Source: Xylanibacter ruminicola 23 (GTDB lineage: Bacteria > Bacteroidota > Bacteroidia > Bacteroidales > Bacteroidaceae). From it: 32,000 nt of DNA. Below the pieces are notes generated by a model, which was given only the letters and a program-made list of their open reading frames with translations, was not told the origin of the DNA and made no database searches. The translations under genes and the position numbers were made by a program. Location of the stretch: contig NC_014033.1 of assembly GCF_000025925.1 (NCBI RefSeq), positions 3,270,001-3,302,000 of the forward strand, written 5' to 3'. Numbering within the stretch: the stretch's first letter is position 1; each line of letters starts with the position of its first letter. Of the stretch, positions 18,601 through 26,330 are shown piece by piece.

Positions 18601-18746
18601 TTCTTGGGATTACTTTTTTCGGCTACGGTTGCTCCGATAACGGGTTCGCCGTTCTCGTCGATTACATGGCCCTTCAGTCCTTGGGCGAAAGATGTTACTG
18701 ACATCATCAGTGCCATCAACATCAACATAATACTACTCTTCTTCAT
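15699..18746 (-). CDS. SusC/RagA-family TonB-dependent outer-membrane transporter
   Basis: The 1015-aa product has a signal peptide and a carboxypeptidase-regulatory-like N-domain (GHVIDENGEPVIGATV). The DEVVVVGYG TonB-box region, a plug and a C-terminal ...LGLNIEF barrel terminus are present. There is no STN/anti-sigma N-terminal extension. Confidence 0.92.
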   Translation of the reverse strand: MKKSSIMLMLMALMMSVTSFAQGLKGHVIDENGEPVIGATVAEKSNPKNATITDFDGNFVVNIQAGHTLTVTYIGYQTFEGAAKNGMTINLKPDNKVLDEVVVVGYGVQKKSSVTGAISQVKPEDMENRTIANAQQALQGKTSGVQIIQSSAAPGSSPTIRVRGYSSNSSSEPLFVVDGVRLSDISGIDPSTIASMEILKDAASAAIYGAEAGNGVVLITTKKGKPGQGKITYDFMFTDESLARIPKMLNAEQYIQYMDEGNIFTKDYMLKNWDGVTNTAWTDVAFNHGHMQKHALSFTGGNDRGNYFLSLAYLNNNGIVKGDADVYKRLTATINAEYKIKDWLKVGTTNQIEKYDVRSVSTNSEYGSLLTSILMLDPLTPDTYTAENLPYQMVNAQANGKQLLQDENGNYYAVSKFYAGEQYHPMIMRDNGLSKNQGFNINGSIYGDFTPLKGLTVTSRFGYRLAGTRSSSTSLPFYGNGVQSRDYLDFSAGSSTSIYYQWENFANYMKQFGGHTVTAMVGMSFQKSSSDNVNGSLTANGEDALKKNDPLFYYLNYANASATKGVSGETNESTKYSYFGRLSYDFMGRYLLQASLRADAADLSKLSKKTRWGYFPAVSVGWTISEEKFFAPLKKAFDSLKFRASWGQNGSLSALGGYSYSTDMALGGLYPFSSGINYTQAAAPSTMGNDDLKWETSEQLNFGFDGILMGGRMTFGIDYFIKKTKDLLVWGTTPSLIIGGSTSPMNAGNVENKGFEFELGWRDHIGDFNYSIRANLSTLSNKVTYIDPSITRLSGSNFHTYTITYFEKGYPVYYFRGYKFAGIDKETGNPLFEDLDGDGKVSDGDLTYIGDAIPDFTYGLTLTAAYKGIDLTVFGTGSHGNKIFNCINRPDYAASNRLKEVFYDNRWTVDNPNGTVPRAGANDMDKYATSSALVYDGSFFKIKQIQLGYTLPKNLINKVALSHARIYASLDDFFTFSKYPGFDPEAATNSTSGMGIDKGGYPTSKKVVLGLNIEF

Positions 18747-18808
18747 TGAGCTTTAATTGTTTTGAGTTAATTGTTAGGAATATAATTTGGTTATGAAAAT
18801 CTCGGCTG

Positions 18809-18816
18809 CAAAGGTA
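18809..18816 (-). promoter_or_regulatory. -7 box TAccTTTG for susC-like (PUL 1)
   Basis: The minus strand reads cgcgtTACCTTTGcagccgag, 62 nt upstream of the susC ATG. Confidence 0.55.
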
Positions 18817-18866
18817 ACGCGAATTATTAAATAGTGTTTTTTTATTCTGTTTTTCGTTTTTCGCGC

Positions 18867-18927
18867 TTGTTCAAATCTATATAGGTGTTGTTCGATTTGT
18901 TTAAAACTTGTCGATTTTGTTCATATT
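18867..18927. promoter_or_regulatory. Phased direct repeats TTGTTCAAAT / TTGTTCGATTT / TTGTCGATTTT / TTGTTCATATT (copy A of a conserved 42-bp element)
   Basis: Motif starts are at 18867, 18888, 18908 and 18917, giving spacings of 21, 20 and 9 nt. Positions 18885-18926 match 20087-20128 at 35 of 42 positions by manual alignment. Confidence 0.4.
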
Positions 18928-18940
18928 TCCGTATTTTTCT

Positions 18941-18971
18941 TTTGCATTATTAAATATGTTTTGTACTTTTG
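18941..18971 (+). promoter_or_regulatory. Promoter of the HAD lipoprotein gene: -33 TTTG, 19-nt spacer, -7 TActTTTG
   Basis: The sequence is cTTTTGcattattaaatatgttttgTACTTTTGcaac. The ATG is at 18998. Confidence 0.6.
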
Positions 18972-18997
18972 CAACAACAAACTAATCTTATGATAAG

Positions 18998-20077
18998 ATG
19001 ATAAAGAAATTAACCGTTTTGATGTTTGCCGCTTTGTTATCGTTCAGCGGCGCAAGTGCAATTACTTCGTGCAGTAATGATGATGTAGAAGCTACTGTAC
19101 AAAAATCGTATTTTGAGTCCTGGAACAAGTGTGAGGCACTGACAGCCTTGCAGGAGTATGTTGAGGATGTGACTAACCCGAAATCGCCGAACTATATCAG
19201 CGAGGAAGACCGTATTGCCACCTTTGATATGGACGGCACCTTTGTGGGGGAGCTTTATCCTACTTATTTTGAGTATAATCTGCTGGAGTACCGTGTGCTC
19301 GACGATGCTGACTACCGCGACAAAGCTCCCGAGGATGTGCGTACAGCAGCCCAGAACATCCGAGACTTTGTGCGTAACGGCACGGCGTTGCCCGACCATT
19401 TCGATATGATTCATGCCAAAGCCGCTGCCAAAGCTTATGCTGGTATGACGCTGGCCGAGTTTGATGCCTACGTAAAAGCCTATGCTGCTAAGACTGCTAA
19501 CGGTTTTACAGGTATGACCTATGGTCAGAGCTTCTATCGTCCCATGCTCGAGGTGTTCGAGTATCTGAGGGAGCATGGCTTTACCTATTATGTGGTATCG
19601 GGTTCCGATCGTTTTATCTGTCGTGCATTGGTAGAGTCAATCGGTATTGCACCAAACAGGGTGATAGGTATGGATGTAAGACTGGTGTCTAGCAGTCAGG
19701 GCGACGTGGCAGGTGTGAACTATACCATGGGCAAAGAAGAGAACTTGGTGCGTACCGATGAGTTGATTATCAAGAATCTGAAGACCAATAAGGTGCTGCA
19801 GATATCACAGGAGATTGGTAAGGTGCCCGTACTGTCGTTTGGTAATAGCGGTGGTGACAGCGCCATGCATAACTACTGCTTGAGCAATAGCAAACACCGT
19901 GCTGCCGCCTTTATGCTGGTGGCTGATGATGAGGCTCGCGACCATGCTAACCGCGAAAAGGCACTATCGCTGGCACAGAAGTGGCGCGATAGCGGCTACC
20001 ATGTAATTTCTATGCGCGACGACTTTAAAACCATCTACGGACCAGAGGTAGTGAAGGTGCCTTTCACCTTCGAATAA
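18998..20077 (+). CDS. Exported HAD-superfamily (subfamily IB-like) hydrolase/phosphatase lipoprotein
   Basis: The 359-aa product has the signal/lipobox ...GASAITSC/SNDD. The HAD motif I is FDMDGTF (DxDxT), motif II is VVSGS, and motif IV is the FGNSGGDSAM region. Confidence 0.75.
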   Translation: MIKKLTVLMFAALLSFSGASAITSCSNDDVEATVQKSYFESWNKCEALTALQEYVEDVTNPKSPNYISEEDRIATFDMDGTFVGELYPTYFEYNLLEYRVLDDADYRDKAPEDVRTAAQNIRDFVRNGTALPDHFDMIHAKAAAKAYAGMTLAEFDAYVKAYAAKTANGFTGMTYGQSFYRPMLEVFEYLREHGFTYYVVSGSDRFICRALVESIGIAPNRVIGMDVRLVSSSQGDVAGVNYTMGKEENLVRTDELIIKNLKTNKVLQISQEIGKVPVLSFGNSGGDSAMHNYCLSNSKHRAAAFMLVADDEARDHANREKALSLAQKWRDSGYHVISMRDDFKTIYGPEVVKVPFTFE

Positions 20078-20086
20078 GCCCTACGC

Positions 20087-20128
20087 GGGTTGTCCGATTT
20101 GTTTAAAAGTTGTCGTGTATGTTCAAAT
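20087..20128. promoter_or_regulatory. Copy B of the conserved 42-bp direct-repeat element, upstream of the HTCS promoter
   Basis: The motifs are TTGTCCGATTT (20090), TTGTCGTGTAT (20110) and TGTTCAAAT (20120). The offset to the -7 box is 78 nt here and 79 nt for copy A. Confidence 0.4.
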
Positions 20129-20164
20129 AATGGTGATAATTGCTGAATTATCTGGAGTTTTTGT

Positions 20165-20172
20165 TATCTTTG
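20165..20172 (+). promoter_or_regulatory. -7 box TAtcTTTG for the HTCS gene
   Basis: The sequence is tttttgtTATCTTTGcaagc, 21 nt before the ATG at 20194. Confidence 0.55.
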
Positions 20173-20193
20173 CAAGCAAATAACTACAAAAAG

Positions 20194-23100
20194 ATGACTA
20201 ATAGAAAACCTGTTTTCGCAATTATAGTTTGTGCAATGCTTGCTCTGTTGATGCTGGGCTGCCAGCGTCAAGGGACTATTGGTACTACACTCGATAAGGA
20301 TGAGGAGCATGATCTGGTGGTGGCCAATGAACTGTCGAACAGTCGTGTACAGTGTATCGCCGAAGATGCCGATGGCTACTTGTGGATTGGCACCTTCCGT
20401 GGCTTGAACCGTTACGATGGTCACGAATATCACCAGTATTTCTGTACATTCGATTCGTTGGGACTGCCTGATAACCAGATACAGAGTCTGCTTTGCGATC
20501 AGCAAGGTAGGCTTTGGGTGGCTACCGTAAATGGTGTGTGCCGTTATACCCGACAGGACAATTTTGAATCGATACCGATGCAAACGGGCAACCGGAATGC
20601 CCGTAAACTATTGATGGACAGTAAGGGCCGCATATTTGTGTATAATGGTATGGACCTGCTGATGTACGACGAGCAGCATCATATCTTCCTGTCGAAGTTT
20701 AACAGAACGGCCACCAATCAGTCGTGGGGCGACTGTTTTATCGATGGCGCCGATAATATCCTGATGGTGAGCGCCGACAATCTGCTGGTCATCAATGGCG
20801 AGACGTTTAAACAGAAAGCCGAGGTGAAGGCCGGTCAGCAGTTGGGCTTCTATTTCTTCGAACTGCTGCCCAACGGTTTGCTGTTGTGTTCGGGTAATGG
20901 CACGTTGCTGCTCTACGATACCAAGTCGCAGCAGATAATTCCGCTCAGTACCGAGATGCATGAGAGGCTAACAGCTCACAATAGTGTGCTGCAGGCTGCC
21001 TGTTTGCTGGATAACAATACCATCCTGCTCAGCACATCACGTAACGGACTCTTTGAATTGAATCTGCTCACTCATACGCTGAAAGGTCAGGCCGACGCTA
21101 ACTTCACCTTGCCGGTGCCCGATGCCTATGTCACTAAGATTTTCCAGGACTCCAGAAAGAACATCTGGTTGGGCACCTATGATAAGGGCCTTTTTGCCGA
21201 CTACTATTATAAAGAAAAGTTCGGCGGTAGCGATAACTACTTGAATAGGGTGATTGAGAATTCGTCGGTATTGGCTGTGGCTATCGATAAACAGGCCAAT
21301 CTGTGGATATCTACGCTGCTGAAGGGGGTGTTTGTGTATCATTCCACCACCCAGAAAGCCGAGCATATCGAGATTGCTGGTCTGCCGGCAGGCGAGAAGA
21401 AGAATGCGATCACCAATATCTTCTGCGATAGCGACGGACAGCTTTGGCTTTCTACCACCAGTGGGGTGATGAAGTGCCAGTATGATGGCGCGAAACTGAA
21501 TATTCTGAGTCAGTGGCAGCTGCCGCCAACGATGTGTTTCGAACAAACCGAGGATGGCACTGTCTGGGCAGCTACAAGCACCACCTATATCTTCGCCTTC
21601 AGACCAGGTAGCTCAGAGCCGGAGGCCAAGCAAGCATTTAATGTTGACTTTACGTTTATCCCATCGCTGCTGAAATTAAAGGATGGCTCGATGCTGATAT
21701 CTGCTTTCTACCAGCCCATCACGAAGATGAACCCTCAAACGGGGAAGCTGAGTGCGTTGGATATCCCCAGCTTGCAGCGTTGCATCCGTCGCAGTGTGTA
21801 TATCCCTACCGATATGCTTCAGGATGCGAAAGGGAATATCTGGATTGGTACTGTGAGCAATGGGCTGCTGTGCTATTATCCGCAAACCAACGAGGTGCGT
21901 CGTATTGCCGGCCTGTCATGTTCGGATGTAGGTAGCATTGAGGAAGACCGACAGGGTAATCTGTGGATTAGTACCATGAAAGGCTTGAACCGTCTCGACC
22001 CCAAGACAGGCACGATGACTGCACTTTATAAGGCCGACGGATTGGCTGGCGATGAGTTTGCCGATCGTGCCTCGTGTCAGTTGCCTAATGGCTGTCTGGT
22101 GTTCGGCGGTACCGATGGTATCACCATGTTTAATCCTGCAGATATTGATACACTCAGGAATATCCCCCTGAAGTTCTGTCATCTGAAGATTCATAACCAG
22201 ATGATACGTCCCACAGAGGGCGCTCCCATCGAGTCGATGCTCGATAATTGTCAGGAGGTGCGCCTGAAGCACAGTGAGAATAGTTTCAGCATCTCCTATA
22301 CCGCCCTCGACTTTGGCGAATACGAGCGTGTACATTATTATTATAAGCTGGATGGATTTGATAACGATTGGATTGATGCCGGTAGCAGGCACGCCGCGGG
22401 CTATGCCAATCTGCCTTCGGGCCACTATACCTTCCGTGTGCGTATCACCGATAGTACCAGCGACGAGGCCAGCAGCGACGAACGCCGGATTAGTGTCGTG
22501 GTGGAGCCGGCACCGATGTTGTCATGGTGGGCTTGGCTGATCTATCTGGCACTGGGGGCGCTGTTGGCTTGGTATCTCTACCGCAATGCCAAGCGTGTGG
22601 TGGCTGCCCGTCGTGCTGCCCGAAAGGCTGAGATGGAGAAGGAGCAGGAGTTGCGTACCAACCAGATGAACATGAGCTTCTTTGCGAATATCGCCCACGA
22701 ATTCCGCACACCGTTAACGATGATTGCTGGTCCGGTGGGACAGTTGGCTAAGAGTGACCGTGTGGGCGACGAGGAGCGCAGTCTGCTGAGCATTGCCCAG
22801 CGCAGCATCCAGCGCATGTTCAAACTGGTCAACCAGCTGATGGATTTTAATAAATTGGAAAACGATACCCTGCGACTGAGTGTGGAACAGCTTGATGTGG
22901 TGGAGCTGATGAACAATATCTGCGACACTTTTGAGTTTAATGCGAAGGAAAAGGGACTGACGTTGAGTCGCTTTGGTATGGAAGACCAGCTGATGGCCTG
23001 GACCGATGGCGATAAACTGGAAAAGATAGTGAGCAATCTGCTGTCGAATGCGTTGAAGTTTACCCCACGTGGCGGTAGGATAGATGTACACCTGGATGTG

Positions 23101-24234
23101 GTGGATGATCAGGTGAAGGTGACCATCGCCGATACTGGTAAGGGCATCCCCGAGGAGCATAAAGAGAATATCTTTAAGCGCTTCTACCAGTTGGATAACC
23201 AAACCAAGGCTGTTGTAAACTATGGTACGGGCATCGGTCTTTATTATGCCCGTCGATTAGCCGAGCTGCATCATGGAACCTTGACAGCAGGCAACCGTAC
23301 TGACGGAGAGGGAGCTGTGTTTACCTTGGTTTATCCCATGAATAAAGAGGCATATACCGATGCAGAGCGCAGCCCACTCGAAGGCGACGGCGTTGCCGAC
23401 TACCGCATCGTGGATTCTCCTGCTTCGGTAGGCTCTCATCTCACACCTCTCACTTCTCACCTCTCAAATGACGACGACAGTCGTCCGACAATCCTTGTTG
23501 TTGACGATGATACCGAAATCATCAACTATATGCGAATGCTGTTCTCGCATGATTATCGACTGATTACCTGCCTAGATGCTGACACGGCACTCGAAGAGAT
23601 GCGTGCCGCAGAACCGAATATCGTTCTGAGCGATGTGGCTATGCCTGGTAAGGATGGCTATCAGCTCTGTCAGGAAATCAAGCAGGATATCCAGCTGAGT
23701 CATATCCCTGTTATTCTGGTAACAGCCAAGGTAACAGCCGAAAATCAGGTTGAGGGCTTGAATGTAGGTGCCGATGCCTATGTTACCAAACCTTTCGAGC
23801 CCGCTGTACTCTCGGCACTCATCCAGTCGCAGCTGAAGAACCGCGACCGTGTACGTAAGTTGCTCACCAATGCCACTACTACCGAGGATGAAAGCGTGGA
23901 TAATGCCCTCTCGGAGCAGGATAAGCACTTTATGGAGGAGCTCTACAAGCTGATGGAGGAAGAGTTGTCGAATTCAGAACTCGATGTAACCCGTATTACC
24001 AAGATGCTCTATATCTCGCGTACCAAACTCTATTATAAGATAAAGGGTTTGACAGGCGAAACGCCCAGCAGTTTCTTCCGTACCTACAAGTTGAACCGCG
24101 CTGCCGAACTGTTAAAGGGTGGTAAGCATACGGTAGCCGAGATTGCGGATATGACGGGCTTCAGTACCCAGAGTCACTTCTCGGTGGTATTCAAGAAACA
24201 GTTTGGCGTTACCCCTACCGAGTACAAGGGGTAG
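20194..24234 (+). CDS. Hybrid two-component system sensor kinase/response regulator (HTCS) with an AraC-type output domain
   Basis: I trimmed to the ATG at 20194 (MTNRKPVFAIIVCAMLALLMLGC). It has periplasmic beta-propeller repeats (WIGT/WVAT/WIST) and a Y_Y_Y region, followed by a TM segment. The HisKA H-box is FFANIAHEFRTPLT, and HATPase_c has the GTGIGL motif. The receiver has ILVVDDD..SDVAMPGKDG, and the C-terminal AraC HTH has FSTQSHFSVVFKKQFGVTPTEY. Confidence 0.92.
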   Translation: MTNRKPVFAIIVCAMLALLMLGCQRQGTIGTTLDKDEEHDLVVANELSNSRVQCIAEDADGYLWIGTFRGLNRYDGHEYHQYFCTFDSLGLPDNQIQSLLCDQQGRLWVATVNGVCRYTRQDNFESIPMQTGNRNARKLLMDSKGRIFVYNGMDLLMYDEQHHIFLSKFNRTATNQSWGDCFIDGADNILMVSADNLLVINGETFKQKAEVKAGQQLGFYFFELLPNGLLLCSGNGTLLLYDTKSQQIIPLSTEMHERLTAHNSVLQAACLLDNNTILLSTSRNGLFELNLLTHTLKGQADANFTLPVPDAYVTKIFQDSRKNIWLGTYDKGLFADYYYKEKFGGSDNYLNRVIENSSVLAVAIDKQANLWISTLLKGVFVYHSTTQKAEHIEIAGLPAGEKKNAITNIFCDSDGQLWLSTTSGVMKCQYDGAKLNILSQWQLPPTMCFEQTEDGTVWAATSTTYIFAFRPGSSEPEAKQAFNVDFTFIPSLLKLKDGSMLISAFYQPITKMNPQTGKLSALDIPSLQRCIRRSVYIPTDMLQDAKGNIWIGTVSNGLLCYYPQTNEVRRIAGLSCSDVGSIEEDRQGNLWISTMKGLNRLDPKTGTMTALYKADGLAGDEFADRASCQLPNGCLVFGGTDGITMFNPADIDTLRNIPLKFCHLKIHNQMIRPTEGAPIESMLDNCQEVRLKHSENSFSISYTALDFGEYERVHYYYKLDGFDNDWIDAGSRHAAGYANLPSGHYTFRVRITDSTSDEASSDERRISVVVEPAPMLSWWAWLIYLALGALLAWYLYRNAKRVVAARRAARKAEMEKEQELRTNQMNMSFFANIAHEFRTPLTMIAGPVGQLAKSDRVGDEERSLLSIAQRSIQRMFKLVNQLMDFNKLENDTLRLSVEQLDVVELMNNICDTFEFNAKEKGLTLSRFGMEDQLMAWTDGDKLEKIVSNLLSNALKFTPRGGRIDVHLDVVDDQVKVTIADTGKGIPEEHKENIFKRFYQLDNQTKAVVNYGTGIGLYYARRLAELHHGTLTAGNRTDGEGAVFTLVYPMNKEAYTDAERSPLEGDGVADYRIVDSPASVGSHLTPLTSHLSNDDDSRPTILVVDDDTEIINYMRMLFSHDYRLITCLDADTALEEMRAAEPNIVLSDVAMPGKDGYQLCQEIKQDIQLSHIPVILVTAKVTAENQVEGLNVGADAYVTKPFEPAVLSALIQSQLKNRDRVRKLLTNATTTEDESVDNALSEQDKHFMEELYKLMEEELSNSELDVTRITKMLYISRTKLYYKIKGLTGETPSSFFRTYKLNRAAELLKGGKHTVAEIADMTGFSTQSHFSVVFKKQFGVTPTEYKG

Positions 24235-24275
24235 GGGTTGTGCAATCGTTTGCCACAGCTATGTTATGGGATTTC

Positions 24276-24304
24276 TTTTCTGATGCGAACAACGTATCAG
24301 AAAA
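24276..24304. promoter_or_regulatory. Inverted repeat/hairpin TTTTCTGATGCG-aacaa-CGTATCAGAAAA abutting the GH13 -7 box
   Basis: A 12-bp stem with one G-T wobble pair and a 5-nt loop ends 5 nt before the -7 box at 24310. It begins 41 nt after the HTCS stop. No U-tract follows it. Confidence 0.4.
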
Positions 24305-24309
24305 ATCCC

Positions 24310-24317
24310 TATCTTTG
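24310..24317 (+). promoter_or_regulatory. -7 box TAtcTTTG for the GH13 gene
   Basis: The sequence is cccTATCTTTGcagc, 27 nt before the ATG at 24345. Confidence 0.55.
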
Positions 24318-24344
24318 CAGCATGAGAATAAACTAAGAACAAAA

Positions 24345-26276
24345 ATGAAACGGATTTTATTAGTAACCGCCATTCTGATGGCAAACGTTTTAACGATGAG
24401 TGCAGCAAAAAAACAGGTGATTGATCGTATTGAACCCACCGACTGGTATGTTGGCTTGAAGAATCCTCAGGTACAGCTGATGGTGTACGGAAAAGGTATC
24501 CGCGATGTGGCCAGTGTCACAACCGATTATCCAGGGGTGGTCATCGACAGTCTGGTGCGCCTTGATTCGCCCAACTACCTGTTGGTGTATATGAATCTGC
24601 GTGATGCACAGCCTGGCACAATGACGTTGAACTTTGGCAAGACCAAGGTACAGTATCAGCTCAAACAGCGCGAGATGAGTGGCGATAAGCGTATGGGCTT
24701 TACCAATGCCGATGTGCTCTATATGCTGATGCCCGACCGTTTCGCACAGGGTGCCAATCATCCTACAAAGATAAAGGGCATGCGTAACTATGTAGAGGAT
24801 CGCACCAAGCCCAGTCTGCGTCATGGTGGCGACCTGAATGGTATCCGCGAGCACCTCGACTACTTTAAGGAGCTGGGCGTAACCGCGCTTTGGTTTACCC
24901 CTGTGCTCGAGAATGATTCGCCCGATACCAAGAATGATTTCGCAACCTATCACGGCTATGCCACCACCAATTATTATAAGGTGGACCCCCGCTTTGGTTC
25001 GAACGAGGATTATAAGCGCCTTTGTGATGAGGCTCACCAGAAAGGCTTGAAGATTGTGATGGATATGATTTTTAACCACAGCGGTTTTGAGCATCCCTGG
25101 ACCAAGGATATGCCAACCAAGGACTGGTTGAACACCCCCGAATGGCTGAACGAGCAGCAGAGCGGTCGCGACCCGATGACTGGTTTTACCGCTAATGCCG
25201 ATGGTTCAGAGCCTGCCAAGAGCGCTTATCTGCAAACATCGTATAAGCTTACCCCAGTGGTTGATCCTTATGCCTCAGAAGTTGATTTGAAAGAAACCGT
25301 AGAAGGTTGGTTTGTGCCCTCTATGCCCGATCTCAACCAGCATAACCCTCATCTGATGCGTTATCTCATCCAGAACTCTATCTGGTGGATTGAGACCGTG
25401 GGTATCGATGGCATCCGCATGGATACCTATCCTTATGCCTATGCCGATGCAATGGCTCAATGGATGAAGGAACTCGACGACGAATATCCTAACTTTAATA
25501 CCGTAGGCGAAACATGGGTCACCGAGCCTGCTTACACCGCTGCCTGGCAGAAGGATTCCAAACTCTCAGAGAAGAATAGCTATCTGAAGACAGTCATGGA
25601 CTTCTCGTTCTTCGACAAGTTGACTCAGGCCAGATTCGAGGAAACAGATGGTTGGTGGAAGGGATTTAACCGTATCTATAACTCGTTTGTTTACGATTAT
25701 CTCTATCCCAACCCATCGAGTGTGATGGCTTTTATCGAAAACCATGATACCGACCGCTACTTGGGTAATGGCAAAGATACCCTCGCCCTGAAGCAGGCGC
25801 TGGCATTGTTGCTCACCGTGAATCGTATTCCCCAACTGTATTATGGTACCGAAGTGCTGATGAACGGCACAAAGGAAAAAACGGATGGTAATGTGCGCAA
25901 GGACTTCCCCGGAGGCTTCCCCGGCGATACACATAACTGCTTTACTAAGGAAGGTCGTACGCAGAGCGAACAGGCTATGTTTACCTGGCTTTCTCGCTTG
26001 CTGCACTGGCGTCAGGGTAACGATGTGATTATTAAGGGTAAGCAGATTCAGTTTACACCGTTTAATGGCATCTACGTGATTGCCCGTCAGTATCAGGGTA
26101 AAACAGCGCTCACCATCCTGAATGGTACATCGAAACCAGCAACACTTGAAGTTGAGCGTTATGCCGAGGTTATTGGAAAGACATCAAAGGCTAAGGATAT
26201 CCTGACTAATCGTTACTATGATTTGTCGAAGAATTTCGACCTGAAGCCACGTCAGTCGCTCATTCTTGAATTTTAA
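24345..26276 (+). CDS. Glycoside hydrolase family 13 alpha-amylase-family enzyme (cyclomaltodextrinase/neopullulanase-like with an N-terminal Cyc-maltodext_N-type domain)
   Basis: I trimmed to MKRILLVTAILMANVLTMSA. The four GH13 conserved regions are present: DMIFNHSG (I), GIDGIRMDT (II, nucleophile), VGETW (III, acid/base) and FIENHDTDR (IV). Confidence 0.9.
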   Translation: MKRILLVTAILMANVLTMSAAKKQVIDRIEPTDWYVGLKNPQVQLMVYGKGIRDVASVTTDYPGVVIDSLVRLDSPNYLLVYMNLRDAQPGTMTLNFGKTKVQYQLKQREMSGDKRMGFTNADVLYMLMPDRFAQGANHPTKIKGMRNYVEDRTKPSLRHGGDLNGIREHLDYFKELGVTALWFTPVLENDSPDTKNDFATYHGYATTNYYKVDPRFGSNEDYKRLCDEAHQKGLKIVMDMIFNHSGFEHPWTKDMPTKDWLNTPEWLNEQQSGRDPMTGFTANADGSEPAKSAYLQTSYKLTPVVDPYASEVDLKETVEGWFVPSMPDLNQHNPHLMRYLIQNSIWWIETVGIDGIRMDTYPYAYADAMAQWMKELDDEYPNFNTVGETWVTEPAYTAAWQKDSKLSEKNSYLKTVMDFSFFDKLTQARFEETDGWWKGFNRIYNSFVYDYLYPNPSSVMAFIENHDTDRYLGNGKDTLALKQALALLLTVNRIPQLYYGTEVLMNGTKEKTDGNVRKDFPGGFPGDTHNCFTKEGRTQSEQAMFTWLSRLLHWRQGNDVIIKGKQIQFTPFNGIYVIARQYQGKTALTILNGTSKPATLEVERYAEVIGKTSKAKDILTNRYYDLSKNFDLKPRQSLILEF

Positions 26277-26281
26277 ATAAA

Positions 26282-26330
26282 TAAAACAGAAAGGATTCCC
26301 TCCCGCCATGCAGGAGGGAATCCTTTTTGT
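26282..26330. terminator. Bidirectional rho-independent terminator between the convergent GH13 and GH43 genes
   Basis: A perfect 14-bp stem AAAGGATTCCCTCC / GGAGGGAATCCTTT (26290-26326) has a 9-nt loop. It is followed by TTGTTT on the plus strand and by TCTGTTTTATTTATTT on the minus strand. Confidence 0.8.

Noticed and set aside
24234-24247. A third copy of the 42-bp HTCS/HAD upstream element in front of the GH13 gene (GGGTTGTGCAATCG).
   Set aside because: Only the first 12 nt or so resemble copies A and B, and the downstream half-sites are not recognisable. The similar distance to the -7 box (73 nt) may be coincidence.
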